From the human T2T-CHM13v2.0 reference genome, Homo sapiens, in the NCBI RefSeq assembly GCF_009914755.1, contig NC_060937.1: a stretch of 64,000 bases of DNA, one strand, 5' to 3'. Shown here piece after piece: positions 10,740 through 23,710 of the stretch. Below the pieces are notes generated by a model, which was given only the letters and a program-made list of their open reading frames with translations, was not told the origin of the DNA and did no database searches. Position 1 is the stretch's first letter. Each line of letters begins with the position of its first letter. The position numbers and the translations under genes were made by a program.

Positions 10740-12125
10740 AGTTTCAGGAAGGAGCAGAGATAAGTGTGTATCCCAGCTGTCCTTTCAAATATAAGCCTTG
10801 AAGCACCAAAATCCAACTAAAATGAAAGAAAAAGGAATACAAAAGGCAATAATATAAAGACAAAAGAGAGAGGAAAGTACAGCATTAAGACTCTGAAAGT
10901 TAGAAAGCACATGGTGCAGTGGTAATGGATTCAGCAGACCAGAGAAAGCTGCCAGCGAGGGACTAAGATGCAAGTAGATTCTTGTGGCAGAGCCACAGAA
11001 ATTCCCAGGAATTGGAGGTATGAGCCAACACTGAAAGTGGGGGTGATGGGGGCCACAGAGAGGCTGTATACAGTAAGATTGGTTGAATGTCCACAGAAGA
11101 AGCATTTTAGAGCCACAGGATTCCTATTTCATTTCTCAGAGCTGCCTGACTGCTTCTGCCTTACCCAAGAAGAAGACTGAATGCTCTCTGGAGATGCTGA
11201 GTAAGAGGAACTCAGGGACTTAGGGACTCCAGGAGTACCTGAACTTTAGGTATTCATACGAAAAGTAAAGGATATTTTGAAAGTGTACACACGGAAAATA
11301 TCCCATTCAAGTTATTCCACTTGCCTCCGAGAAACCAGACCACCAAGTTTATATACTTAAGGCAGGACATTGGGATTTTCTTCTGGGGGAAACTAGCTCA
11401 AGAAGACTTACAAGTACTGATCAGTGTCCCTGGGAAATACTCCAGCCCAGTAATTTTGAAATTAGGATGATGGCTGATACGCTTGGACTATGCATCTACT
11501 TTTTAGGTCTTTATGGAGAATTTTTAATACAAAAAAGTACAAAAGAAAAAGATTTTAGAGGTAAAAGAGACAATACATAAAACTTAACAAAACTTCAAAA
11601 AATATCTTGAGATAGGGAAAAAATGTCTCCATGGAGTAAAAACTGGGTGCAATAAAAAGAAACAGAAAAAGGGCTTTTGGAGACTGAAAATATGACAAAA
11701 AATTCAAAAAATTTGGATGATAAAGTTGATACAATTTTCCCAAAAGAATAAGACAAACAGGTAGAAAATTGATAAGAGAAGATGTAAAAGGTTAGTGGAA
11801 GAGGTCAAATATCTAGATAAAGAGAATTTCAGAAAGACTGAGGAGGAAATAAGGTAGAAAATTGTCAAGAAAATAATTAACTTTTATTTCTAGAACCAAA
11901 GACATGAGTTTCCAGCCTGAGAAAATTACCTGAGTATTCAAGAGAATGAATGTCACCCCCTGAAAAGAAGGGAAAAATACACATGAGCTTTACCATGAAA
12001 TTTCAGAGCACATGGATTAAAGAGAAGATTATAAACACTTTAAAATGTTAAAAATCGTGTTCAAAGGATGTAACTGAAAGCCATTGGATATCTGCATAAT
12101 ATCACTCACAGGTAGAACACAATGA
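10740..12125 (+). mobile_element. Degraded old L1/HAL1 5' and ORF1-like region
   Basis: Purine-rich tract with ORF1-like remnants (gaaaattgtcaagaaaataatt...ttctagaaccaaagacatgagtttccag). Confidence 0.45.
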
Positions 12126-13297
12126 AGTCAGGTTTACCCTTTTTATTGTAAAGTGGGCATAAAATATTGTTTTGAGAATTAAATGAGAAAAACATGTAAA
12201 GTGTTAGTATACCTGCCATTACACGGGTTATTACTTCTAGAGGGTGATTAACATTTATATGTTAGAATCATGTCTTACCAGACTGCATGTTTTCCACAAT
12301 GCCAACCAACATACATGGCTTGGCACGTATTAGTACTCACTATGTGTTGCATCCAGTAGGAAGTGTGCAATTGCAATGGTGCAACTGATGGCTGTAGTGA
12401 AGTTCCATAGAAGAGGTAAAAACATTCCTTCCTGGTTTTATGTGGTAGACTAAAGAGTCTTGGGCTGGAGCTCTGTTTATTTTGTGCATAGTCCCGCTAG
12501 AAAAGTCCCACAGGAGTCTCTGGTCAAAGGAGTAGTGGGAAGTGAATTTGAAACTCCGTGCTGGTGGAGCTTTGCATTCTGGCGCTGTTATGCATGGAGT
12601 CGGCCAAGTTTGTCCTTTGGAGCTCCCAGAAGGAAAGTATATGTACATTCACAATAGCAAACAGATTGAAATGTCAAATTATTTATTTGGATAATTTAAA
12701 ATAATCCTTCCTTTCTCTTTGTATATACATGCCATGATTAGTATTCAGTATCTTCCTGGTACTTTCAGTCAACATAAAAAGGGAAGAAAAAGCAATAAGC
12801 TGTATAAGGAAGAAATAGATTTTTATCACATATGACATGAAAATTAACTATTTTTAATAAGTTGATAAAATAACATTATAGATGACATGAAAAAGCTACT
12901 AGAAATAGATTTTAGTGGAGATACAAGATTAATGTGTAAAAACCAATAGCATTCCCTTATATCAGAAATAAATTATTAGAAAAAATTCTAGCTTACAGTA
13001 GAAAATGCTTGGGGGTAATACTCCAGAAGTTCACGATCTTTTGTTGGGGAAGTCTCTTAGGTTGCATGACCTGGTTCACTGCAGAAAAAAAAAATGTAGG
13101 TCATAGAAATTGTGGCTCGGTTTCTGCAGAGGTTCTAGCAACTCTTTGAAGTTGAGCATTGACACCCAGGAGGCTTCCAATTTGATACATGGACTTCTCC
13201 CTACAGTATTTTGAAACCATAGGGCTCCCTTGCTGTGGAAAACTACTTAGTGGTATTAAGTGTCTGTAGCTCTCAAAATCCCACTTCAGAGAACCAT

Positions 13298-13451
13298 GTA
13301 TGAACCAGAGCCAGCCATCACCAGAACCCAACCATGCTGGCTGTGTGATCTTAGACTTCCAATCTCTAGAATTGTAAGAAATAGATTTCGATTGTTTATA
13401 AGCCATCTAGTCTATCATAAATTGTTATAGCAGCTCAAATGAACTAAAACA
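13298..13451 (+). mobile_element. MaLR LTR 3' fragment (MLT1A/MST-like)
   Basis: ccatgctggctgtgtgatcttagacttccaatctctagaattgtaagaaatagatttc...ttgttatagcagctcaaatgaactaaaaca. Confidence 0.8.
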
Positions 13452-13454
13452 CTT

Positions 13455-13960
13455 CACACCTGAGTGTTCGCTCAATTTCTGTAGTCAAAGAAATGCAAAT
13501 TAAAACATTGAGATACTATAATGTTTTACCTGTTGTACTGTCTAAATTAAGAAAGAATAGAAGAAAGTATGGAACAAGGCTCCCTCCACACTGTTGAATG
13601 GGACAGAAATGGGTACCACAGGTTTGGTAAGAAATTGGGCAAGAGTATAGAAATTTTAAAATGTGCTTATTTGTTGATCCTACAATGCCACTTCACACAA
13701 AAGTATATTTGTAAAAGGATAATTGCAGAATTATTTGAGTTCCATTTTGAGCTCATGTGAAATCAAAATAATATAAATGCGTATCAATAGGAAATTGTTT
13801 AAGTTATGGCATGTATACATATATATATTTGTGCATATAGGTGTCTATACTTGTATATGTACATATGTCCTCAAAATAGTGTGCAGCTATTAATAAGAAC
13901 ATGGCAGCTCTGTATGTTCCTGTATAGAGATTGCCTTCAATGTACATGAAAGTAAAAAGT
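13455..13960 (+). mobile_element. L1ME-like fragment
   Basis: gtagtcaaagaaatgcaaattaaaacattgagatact...cacactgttgaatggga... matches the ORF2 end and 3' UTR. Confidence 0.6.
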
Positions 13961-14467
13961 ATTACTTATATGTAAAAGTCATACATTTTAAAAACATATT
14001 TAAATAATTTACTTGTAAATTATTTATCAATGAAATGGAGCATTATGTAGAGAATTATCCAAATTTTCTAGTTTACAATTTAGACAATGAGACAAAACTA
14101 ACAAATGGAGAACAATCAACATGAAACTGTCAGAGGAGTAGCTCTTCATGTTTTTTTTCCACATTCCTGGAGACATCAGGCTACATTAGAGGTAACAGAG
14201 TCTTTGAACTACATTTGACTCCCAGGGCTAGCTGAAAAGCCCTTTCTTCTCACAACTTATTTCACAGCCACTGTGTCATTGACCTTGCGTTAGAACCACT
14301 AAATCAGAGAATGCCTTACGTGGTCCAAAGTTGCATTAAGATTAAGGCATTTAGGATATGGAAAGGTTGATGCAGCTGGAGAGGTCTTCGGTACAGAGAT
14401 GACACTGAAGGATGGCTGTGTCTGAACAGGTAGGATCTGAGGAACTTTACATCTTCTTCTCTTTCAG

Positions 14468-14512
14468 GTCCAGGAATACAAATGCTGATGTGATGCTATT
14501 CAGATCCTTAAG
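14468..14512 (+). other. Candidate 45-nt exon
   Basis: Acceptor catcttcttctctttcAG and donor AAG|GTAAGG. One of three frames is open (SRNTNADVMLFRSL). Confidence 0.4.
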
Positions 14513-15499
14513 GTAAGGCAAAATTCTGATTGGAGCAGAACACTTCAGAAGTATTTTTCAACGTATACTGAGAAGTTGCTCTGCGACAGATGATATGCCA
14601 AGCAGCTGGGAAGCAAAGATGAGGAAGACATGACCCTGTCCTGGAAAAGCTTCTTGACTTGAAGGTAGGGAAAGAGCTGACAGCATTTTTATATTTTCTG
14701 CATCTACTGCAGACAACAATGTCCTGTACATCTGGCCAAAGGCCAATCTCTAGTAGGCTAATTTCTGTATGCTGGTGAGATGAGCAAAACACATGGAATC
14801 TCAGTTGACAAATAATTCAAGCAGGTTAATCACTTCATGCTCATGTTACCCCACTTGGTCTCCTTGAAAGATCTTTTCCTTGGGTTTGGGCTAAAGACTG
14901 TTTGTTTTACTGACCTCAGTGACTCACTCTGGGATTGGCTAGTCTAGATTCTAAGAATGCTCAGTTTCCTTCTTTTCAAAACAAAATCTCAATATCTATT
15001 AAAGAACTAAAACGTTATTTTAAGTGCAGTAATCAATAAGCCTGAAGAATAATGTTTGGAGTGTTTATGGTTGTGTTGAATGACTTGTATTTTCAAAATG
15101 TGCTCCTATGGAAAAACTACTTTTAATTTGGATGCTTAATATTTACAAGCTGCAAAAAGATTCAGAATTAATCATATTTCTACAGTAACAGTGATGAAAA
15201 AACCCCATTGTTATAATGATTTGTTTAATTTCCATTCATAATTCAGCCACCATACTGTAATTCTACAGTTGTATTTATCTTCCCTGTGTACTCTTCCTCC
15301 AGTCTGTTTCTCCTCCTGTTTTCTAGCCTACTGCTGCTAATTGCTCTCCCTCTAATCAGCAAGAATCTGAACATTTGAAGCCTTTTCCTTTGGCTCTTCC
15401 CTTTCTTTTGCCTCTATTATCTGGTCATTATTAAAATCATATCTTGCCATTTGCCTTCCTCAAATACATTATTTTATATTTTATCAGTAAGAAAATCCA

Positions 15500-15923
15500 G
15501 TTTTAAATTATCTATATGGCTTTGCAAATAAAGACTACATCTCCCGGTATTTCCGTATAGCTAGATGTGCTTATATGTTTTAGTTCTGAACAATGAGATG
15601 TAAGCAGAAATGCTATTCAGAAGCTTCCAGGAAGCTTCTTAGAAGGCATTGTGGGTGCCATTTGTCATTGTCTTTTTTGTCTCTTTCTACTATGTGCTCC
15701 CTGCCTGGAGCAAAAGCAGCCATTTTGAGACATGAGGCAACATGCTAATAAGCATAGTGGAACAGCAAGGTGGGAGAATGGTTGCTGGCCAATGGAAAGC
15801 TGACATACCAGCCCTGAACTGCTTAATTCTGCATTTATTTCATATGAGATATAAATAAATTTGTCTTTAAAAATCAGTTTTAGGTTCTCTGTTACATGAA
15901 TCAAATCTAGTCCTAATTAATAC
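15500..15923 (+). mobile_element. Old MaLR LTR (MLT1I/J-like)
   Basis: ttctgaacaatgagatgtaagcagaa...gcagccattttgagacatgagg...tctgttacatgaatcaaatctagtcctaattaatac. Confidence 0.65.
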
Positions 15924-16019
15924 TCTTTCCTTATACTTTTGTCCCATTCTTGCCATTCTCACTATTGTTATTAATGCCACAGGAAATTGAAAAGCAATGG
16001 AATGCAGACAATGTGATGA

Positions 16020-16230
16020 AGCCTTAGCAGCACAGGCTTTGGAGTAATTTCTTTTTTCAGTCTTTGCTCTATGTGTAACTTTACCTCTCTGTGCCTTAGT
16101 TTCCTCATTGCTAAATGGAGACTTCATACATTTATTGTCAGGAATAAATGAGATAATGCATATGAAAAAATCATATGTATAGTGCCTGGTGGTAAGAGCT
16201 GTATGAAGGGTAGCTCCCTTAATATTATCA
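16020..16230 (+). mobile_element. MIR SINE
   Basis: ttacctctctgtgccttagtttcctcattgctaaatgg...ggaataaatgagataatgcatatgaaa. Confidence 0.7.
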
Positions 16231-16562
16231 TCTTGTTTAGTTTGACCTAAGGGAGAGATAGTAGAACAAATGCCATTGAACACAATATACTGATTGAATA
16301 GTTTAGTAAATATTAACCTGCCATTCACCCTCTTCTCAGCTCAATCATTTTTATAGTTATACTGAAATTTTATATTTGGCATGTTTATATTTACATTTAA
16401 ACTAAGGTGCCCAAATTTATAGGCCATGCTAAATTATAGACTCATAGTAACCATGCTGTACACATTATTGATGTGGCATATTTCTCAAAATCTTTTTCTG
16501 GGATGATCTTTTATACCATCTTCTTTGGCAGGGAAGCATCTTGTACCCAAGTCTTATATTAT

Positions 16563-16636
16563 CTTCTATAATATTTACCATACCTGGAGGTTTATTCTGC
16601 TTGTATAATATTTACCAAATCTGGAGGTTTATTCTC
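16563..16636. repeat. Tandem duplication of a 37-bp unit (4 mismatches)
   Basis: cttctataatatttaccatacctggaggtttattctg followed by cttgtataatatttaccaaatctggaggtttattctc. Confidence 0.9.
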
Positions 16637-16854
16637 TACTTTTTCTTCATGTACACATAAGCCTGTGAAACAGAATGTTCTTCAGCAACAGCCTGATTCC
16701 CAGATTAAAATACTCAGCCCAACACTTATATCAGATCTCACACTTCCTCTTTTCTTTTCAAAGATCTTTTCAAAATTAAAAAAAAAATCTTTATCCCAAT
16801 AGTGTTCATGACATAGCTCAAATATGCTAGCTACATTGTTGAACAGTCTTATCC

Positions 16855-17156
16855 TTTTTCTTTTTTTGGATACAGGGTCTTGCTCTGTCGCCAAGGCTGG
16901 AGTGCAGTGGTGCTTTCTCAGCTCACTGCAGCTTGATCTTCTGGGTTCAAGCAATCCTCCCACCTCAGCCTCCTGTGTAGTGGGGACCACAGGTGTGTGC
17001 CACCTCAACTGGCTAATTTTTTTTTTTTTTTATTTTTCGTAGAGATAGTTTTCGTCATGTTGCCCAGGCTGGTCTTGAACTCCTGAGCTCAAGCAATCCA
17101 ACTGCTTCGGCCTCCCAAAGTGCTGGGATTACAGGCATGAGCCATCATGCCCAGCC
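16855..17156 (-). mobile_element. AluJ
   Basis: Full dimeric Alu with J diagnostics (acagggtcttgc, caatcctcccacctcagcc, tcctgagctcaagcaatcc). Confidence 0.95.
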
Positions 17157-17339
17157 GATAGACTTATTCTTAACAGTAATTTATTAAAACATATTCAATT
17201 ATATTTTAAATATTATTTAAAATGTGAAAGTCACTGACAAAAATCTCTCTGCAAGAAACTGTGTGCAGTAACTAAGCTCACAAATAGGCAAAGTCTTTAC
17301 AAGTATTTAACTTAAATTAAATTTAAATTTTGTTTAATA

Positions 17340-17759
17340 ATTTTATTTTAACTTAAATTTTGTTATCTTTTTGTGGATTTATGGGGTACAAGGGCAGTTT
17401 TGTCACATGGATATATTGCATAGTAGTAAAGTCTAGGCTTTTAGTGTAACCATCACCCGAATAGTGTACATTGTACCAATTAGGTACTTTCATCTCTCAT
17501 CTCCATCCTGGTCTCTCACCTTTCAAGTCTCTAATGTCTATTATTCTACTTTCTATGTCCCCATGTGTACAAATAATTCAGTTCCCACTTAGAACATGCA
17601 GTATTTGATTTTCTGTGTCTGAGTTATTTAAGATAATGGCCTCCAATTCCATCTATGTTGCTGCAAAAGACATGAGTTAGTTCTTTTCTATGGCTGAGTT
17701 ATATTCCATGGTGTGTATATATATATACACACACACACACACATATATATATGTGTGTG

Positions 17760-17802
<43 letters not shown>

Positions 17803-18100
17803 GTGTGTGTATATATATATACACCGAATTTTCTTTTTATAATTGTTGATACACACACACATATATGTGTGTGTGTATATGTGTGTATATATGTATATAT
17901 ATGTGTATATATATGTATATATGTGTATATGTGTATATATGTATATATATGTATATATATGTGTATATATGTGTGTATATATGTATATATATGTGTATAT
18001 ATATGTATATATGTGTGTGTGTGTGTGTATATATATATATACACCGAATTTTCTTTTTATAATTGTTGATGGACATTTAGGTGAATTTCATAGTATTTTT
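17340..18100 (-). mobile_element. L1PB-class (L1PB4-like) 3' end containing an expanded microsatellite
   Basis: ggggtacaagggcagttttgtcacatggatatattgcatagtagtaaagtctaggcttttagtgtaaccatcaccc...atggctgagttatattccatggtg...gttgatggacatttagg. Confidence 0.85.
17711..18044. repeat. Compound (TA)n/(CA)n/(TG)n microsatellite with an internal duplication
   Basis: Directly visible. The unique 30-mer acaccgaattttctttttataattgttgat occurs at 17821-17850 and 18041-18070. Confidence 0.95.
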
Positions 18101-20114
18101 ATTTTGAATTCAGCTATAACTCACAATTACAATGATCGGTGGCCCAACAACTGGAGTAGATTTCACCATTACTCTAGTCCAAGTGCTCTACTTATCTGCT
18201 TTTCCCATTTTACTTCCTAAGTCCTAAGTCCTGCACATTGCTGTGAAGTCATTCTCTTACTCAAAACTTTGGCTCACACAGTTGTCTTCTCCTTGGCTGT
18301 CTCTTTATTATAGTCTTTATTCTTCCAGATAAATTGCATCAACAAACACCATTAAACCTGATACCTGCAGTCAAAAGTGATATTTCACTATTCCATAATA
18401 TTTTCCTTGGGCAAAACACCAAAAGCTAATCTTTTAAAAATTATTATATTTTGCCCCCAAATTTTCAACATTCTTATTTATAATTGCTAAAACTGAACAG
18501 GAGTAGGCTGGGCCCCTTCCCAGGCCTCTGCTATGTTGAGTGATTTTTTCTTTTTTTCTTAAGGTAATAATGAGAGTGGTGGAGCAGGAGGTCAGAAAGC
18601 AAAGACCCAGTGATTTGAACAGAGGCAAAAGCCATGAACAAAAAAATTGGAGAAGTCAGAGAAAGAAATTGAAGTTGGAGTTGACCCAAAGTTTGTCTTA
18701 TTGGATTAATGACTAAGCGAGTTAAACTAGCAAAGCTAAGGAAGTTGATGGTGTGTCTTAGGAAATCACTGATTTCTAGCCAAAGTTCATGGTTTTCTGT
18801 TATGGGCTGGTGGGATCAGTGGAAACTGAATGGTGGAATTGCCTGGATGGGAGAAGTAGAAACACAATAGGATGGATTCAGTTTGTATCTTTAAGTGGCC
18901 TTTAAAATATTTTTCCATTTTTTTTTTAAAGCAAGGTGGGTGGTATGACATTATTAGAAGGACAGGCAGATGGTGTCACTAATTTGGATTGTTTCCCAAA
19001 TGGTGCCTCTTGGCTCTGCTTCTTGGATTTTGGATGGTGTTCTGTGTGTCTTGGCTGGCCAGCAGCGTCTTCAGGTAATAAGGTGGAAGGGAGGCTCAGC
19101 AGTGAGCTAGAAGTGGAAGCCCTTGTTGCTGTGGAATAGGGGAAATATGTGTAATTAGCATCCTGAAAGTGGGATTTGAGCCAAGCTAATTATGAGTTCT
19201 GCAAACTGCAAGTTCTGGATGTCCCTGCAGAACTAAGCTGTGTATTACATTAGGAAATTTTCATGGGCCAACTGAGTTTCTACTGAAGGCATAGCTAAAG
19301 GCCCTGTGGTGGACACCTTACCTCCTGGGAGCTCTTGCTTTCCTCTATTAGTGTTGTGGTGTCCTGGTGTATTCGTGTGCATGTGTGTGTGTGTGTAGCT
19401 CTTTTAATACAGGATTTCCTGTGTTGAAAGAATCCTTTCCCCATAGGTCCTCCTCATCTCCCACTGAGAATCTTATAATAGTCTCCTAATTAATGTATTT
19501 CTAGTTCCAGCCTCACTTCTCTGCCTGAAAAACTTCCTTTGTTATATTCTGTGGAACAGTCCACTGGTGATAAATTATCTTAGTTTTAGTCTGATTTTTT
19601 TTAAATGTCATCTTTATTTTTTATGTATAGAATTCCATGTTGGAAGTTTTCTCTTAGCACTTTCTAGTGCTTTCTATTGTTTTGTTTAGAAATCAGTCCT
19701 AGGGAATGAATTACTTCTCCTTTTAAGATAATATGTCAATATTTTTTTTCCTGTGACTGCTTTTAAGAATTCATCTTTGTCTTTCGTTTACAACAGTTTT
19801 ACAGTTACATACCTAGGTATGCTTCTCTTTGTATTGATATAGTTTGTAGTTTGTAGGGTTTCTTGAAACTGTGGCTTACTTTTTAAAAATCATTTCTATC
19901 CAGTTCTTCCTCTCCCCTCCCCTACTTTTTTTCTTGGACTTCAATACATACATGTTACACTGTTGTCCTGTAAGCTTGATATTTATTGTATTATTTTTCT
20001 GTTCTTGTGTCTCAATGCTTCAAACTGTGTGCTTTTATGTCTTATTTTCCACTTCACTTGTTCTCTTTTCAACTCTGTCTAATGTGCTATGAAACAATTC
20101 ACTATTGTTATTAA

Positions 20115-20474
<360 letters not shown>

Positions 20475-20478
20475 AGTC

Positions 20479-20795
20479 TTTTTTTTTTTTTTTTTTTGTA
20501 AAACAGGGTCTCACTTTGTCACCCAGGCTGGAGTGCAGTGGTGCAATCATGGCTCACTGTAGCCTTGACTTAACTGGGCACTAGCTATCCTTTTACCTCA
20601 CTCTCCCAAGTAGCTGGAACTACAGGTGTGTGCCACCACACCTGGCTAATTGTTTTTTTTTTTTTTTTTTTTTTTTTTTGTAGGGGCAATCTCCCAATGT
20701 GCCTAAACTGGTCTCGAACTCCTGGGCTCAAGCTATCTTCCAGCCTTGGCCTCTCAAAATGCTGGGATTACAAGTGCCTCCCACCATGCCCAGGC
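20479..20795 (-). mobile_element. AluJ
   Basis: acagggtctcactttgtcaccc...tcctgggctcaagctatc; diverged dimer. Confidence 0.92.
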
Positions 20796-21089
20796 AACAT
20801 CAGTCTTGTCTTTTATTCTTTGACTAGGGTAACAATATTTAAAATATATGTCTGATAGCTGCATTATTTGGGTCTTCTTTGAGTCTGTTCATATTGTTTG
20901 TGTGAGTTTCTCTTAGTTTGCAGTCACATTGCTTTGTTTGCTCATGGACCTGGCCATTTCTGATTGAATGCTGGTTATTGTATCTATAATTTGTAATCAA
21001 TTTTAAAATCTTAAATAATGGTATCATCCTCCAGAAATCATTTATATTGTTTCTAAAAGAATGCTAGAGTGCTTTAGCAACTTTTCTTT

Positions 21090-21109
21090 TTCTTTTCTTT
21101 CTCTTTCTT

Positions 21110-21190
<81 letters not shown>

Positions 21191-21487
21191 CTTTTTCTTT
21201 TTTTGAGATGGAGTCTTGCTCTGTCGCCCAGGCTGGAGTATGGTGGCACAATCTTGGCTCACTGCAAGCTCCGCCCTTCAGATTCAAGCAATTCTCCTGC
21301 CTCAGCCCCACCAAGCAGCTGGGATTACAGGTGCCCACCACCATGCCTGGCTAATTTTTGTATTTTTAGTAGAGACGGGGTTTCACCATGTTGGCCAGGC
21401 TGGTCTCGAACCCCTGACCTTAGGTGATCTGCCCACCTTGGCCTCCCTAAGTGCTGGGATTACAGGTGTGAGCCACTGCGCCCAGCC
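21090..21487 (-). mobile_element. AluS (Sx/Sz-like) with tail expanded into (TC)n/(TTTC)n
   Basis: Full Alu. TSD agcaacttt(t/a)cttt at 21076-21089 and 21488-21501. Confidence 0.95.
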
Positions 21488-22547
21488 AGCAACTTTACTT
21501 TCAGCACCTCTTCTCGAATTGGCTAATGTGCTTGTAGATACCTGGCCTCAAATGCCAGGCTCAACAACCTGGGTTTATTTCTTTATCCAGATAGCCCTCA
21601 CTAACTTAACATTTTGATGCTTTTAAGCAATTTTTTGATTCAGTATTTCTGGTTGAGCGAGACAGTTGGTCTACACTACTCAGTCTATCATTGCCAGAAG
21701 TAGATATATAAATGATTAATCTAATCATTAATAAAATTAATTATAAATTAATTACAAATTACATTAAATTGGTGCAAATTACATTAAATCCTAAAAAGTG
21801 GAGAACACAAACTTGTTATTGGTGAAGAGGAAACTTTAAGAAACATTTTTGGAATATTTCCACCTCTACTTCTAATCAAACCATTTACCAATAGAGGGGT
21901 TATAGAGGGGTTACTAGTAATTTTGATTATTCTGAGAAGGTGTATACATGAATATGAATTATTGTATTTATCCATCCCTTAGGTGCTCTTTCTTGCTATA
22001 TGTGATTTTCTTGACAAAACTGTATCTCCAGTCCTAATTACAAAAATGTTTTTGATTACTTATTGATGACATTTCTGTCTCAAAGTAATATTTGTGAATT
22101 AAGATGACTTCATTAGTTATCGTCAATTATTAGAAGTACAGGGAGAGCATTTGGCTGAAATTTAAATAGACCCATGAAGTTAGTTATTATACTCTCTTAG
22201 AACTCCTCTTTCTACTCTGGGAGACAAGCCATTTAAATGACAAAGTGTTCTTGGAAGAAAAGCTCTAGACTGTCCCTGATTGGCTACAGCCCTATATATA
22301 GAGTTTAGAAATATGCAGACAAGACATTGCCAACATGGCCGAGTAAGAGATACCAGCCATGGCTGAAGGACTCAGATAGGCCCACTCAAAAAGCCATGTT
22401 TCAAGGCGGTACAATACAATTCTTGAGAGAAAAATCACATGTACATACAGAGAATTGCAATAGAGTGGGCCAGAATAAACAATAATTCCAACTGTAGTAC
22501 ACGGCTGCACTTGACCACCCTCTGATGCAGCACCCCAGATTGCTTAC

Positions 22548-22622
22548 CTCCTTATAGAAATGATAAAGAAGATCCTGATGGATGGACGTCCAAGACTCTC
22601 TACTGTGGAATCCTCTTCTAGG
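22548..22622 (-). other. Candidate 75-nt exon on the minus strand
   Basis: Minus-strand acceptor cactttcttctccaaatattcAG and donor GAG|GTAAGC. An alternative acceptor lies near 22683. Confidence 0.3.
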
Positions 22623-22968
22623 CTGAATATTTGGAGAAGAAAGTGTTTCTTTATGATGGAGAACCATGTGAAAACTGAAGGTCTGACAGCAGACGATGGA
22701 AAGTCCAAGGAATTGGCATTAGAAAGAGAAAATAATGCACTCTCAAGGGACGTTAGTGGTTCAAGGTAGGCCATACCCTTTGGCACAGAGAGGCATTGCA
22801 CAGTGACTTAATATGAGTAGAACAATGGCTGAACAATGGTGCAGAAACACAGAGTTTTAGCCAAAAGAGAAGGATGGTAGAGCCACAGTCACGGACTTGC
22901 ATTCTGTGTGAAGCAGAGCCCTCTTTACCCACTGGGGATTCTTAGACTGACATAAAAAAGAAAGGATG

Positions 22969-23710
22969 AAAGCATTCCTATTTCTCCATAGCCTCACCAG
23001 CATCTGTTGTTTCTTGACTTTTTAATAATTGCCAGCCTGACTGGCATGAGATGGTATCTCATTGTGGTTTTGATGTGTATTTCTCTAATGATCAATGATG
23101 TCGAGCTTTTTTCATGTTTGTTGACCACATAAATGTCTTCTTTTGAGAAGTGTCTGTTCATATCCTTTGCCCACTTTTTAACTGGGTTGTTTTCTCTAGT
23201 AGTTTTTTGAATATGAATTATTCTGTTATAAAGATATATGCACGTGTATGTTCATTGCAACACTGTTCACAATAGCAAGGACACAGAATCAACCCAAATG
23301 CCCATCAATGATAAACTGGATAAAGAAAATGTAATACATATACATCACGGAATACTATGCAGCCATAAAAATAATAAGATCATGTCCTTTGCAGGGACAT
23401 GGATGGAGTTCAAAGCCATTATCCTCAGCAAACTAATGCAGGAACAGAAAACCAAACACTGCAGGTTCTCACTTATAAGCGGGAGCTGAACAATGAGAAC
23501 ATAAACACAAGGAGGGGAAACAACATACACTGGGGCCTGCCGGGGGAAGGTTGGGGGAGAGAGAGCATTAGGATAAATAACTAATTCATGCTGGGCTTAA
23601 TACCTAGGTGATGGGTTTGATAGGTACAGCAAACCACCATGGCACACATTTACCTACGTAACAAACCTGGATGCCCTGCACATATTCCCATAACTTAAAA
23701 TAAAATTAAA
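22969..23710 (+). mobile_element. L1PA13-like LINE-1, 5'-truncated with a 5' inversion
   Basis: 22969-23208 is the antisense ORF2 C-terminal region. 23209-23710 is sense ORF2 end and 3' UTR ending cttaaaataaaattaaa. Confidence 0.9.

Noticed and set aside
15867-16328. 153-aa minus-strand ORF
   Set aside because: It spans an LTR end and a MIR, so it is a chance open frame.
17677-18220. Multiple 60-125 aa ORFs rich in Y/I/H/T/V/C/M
   Set aside because: These are translations of the dinucleotide microsatellite.
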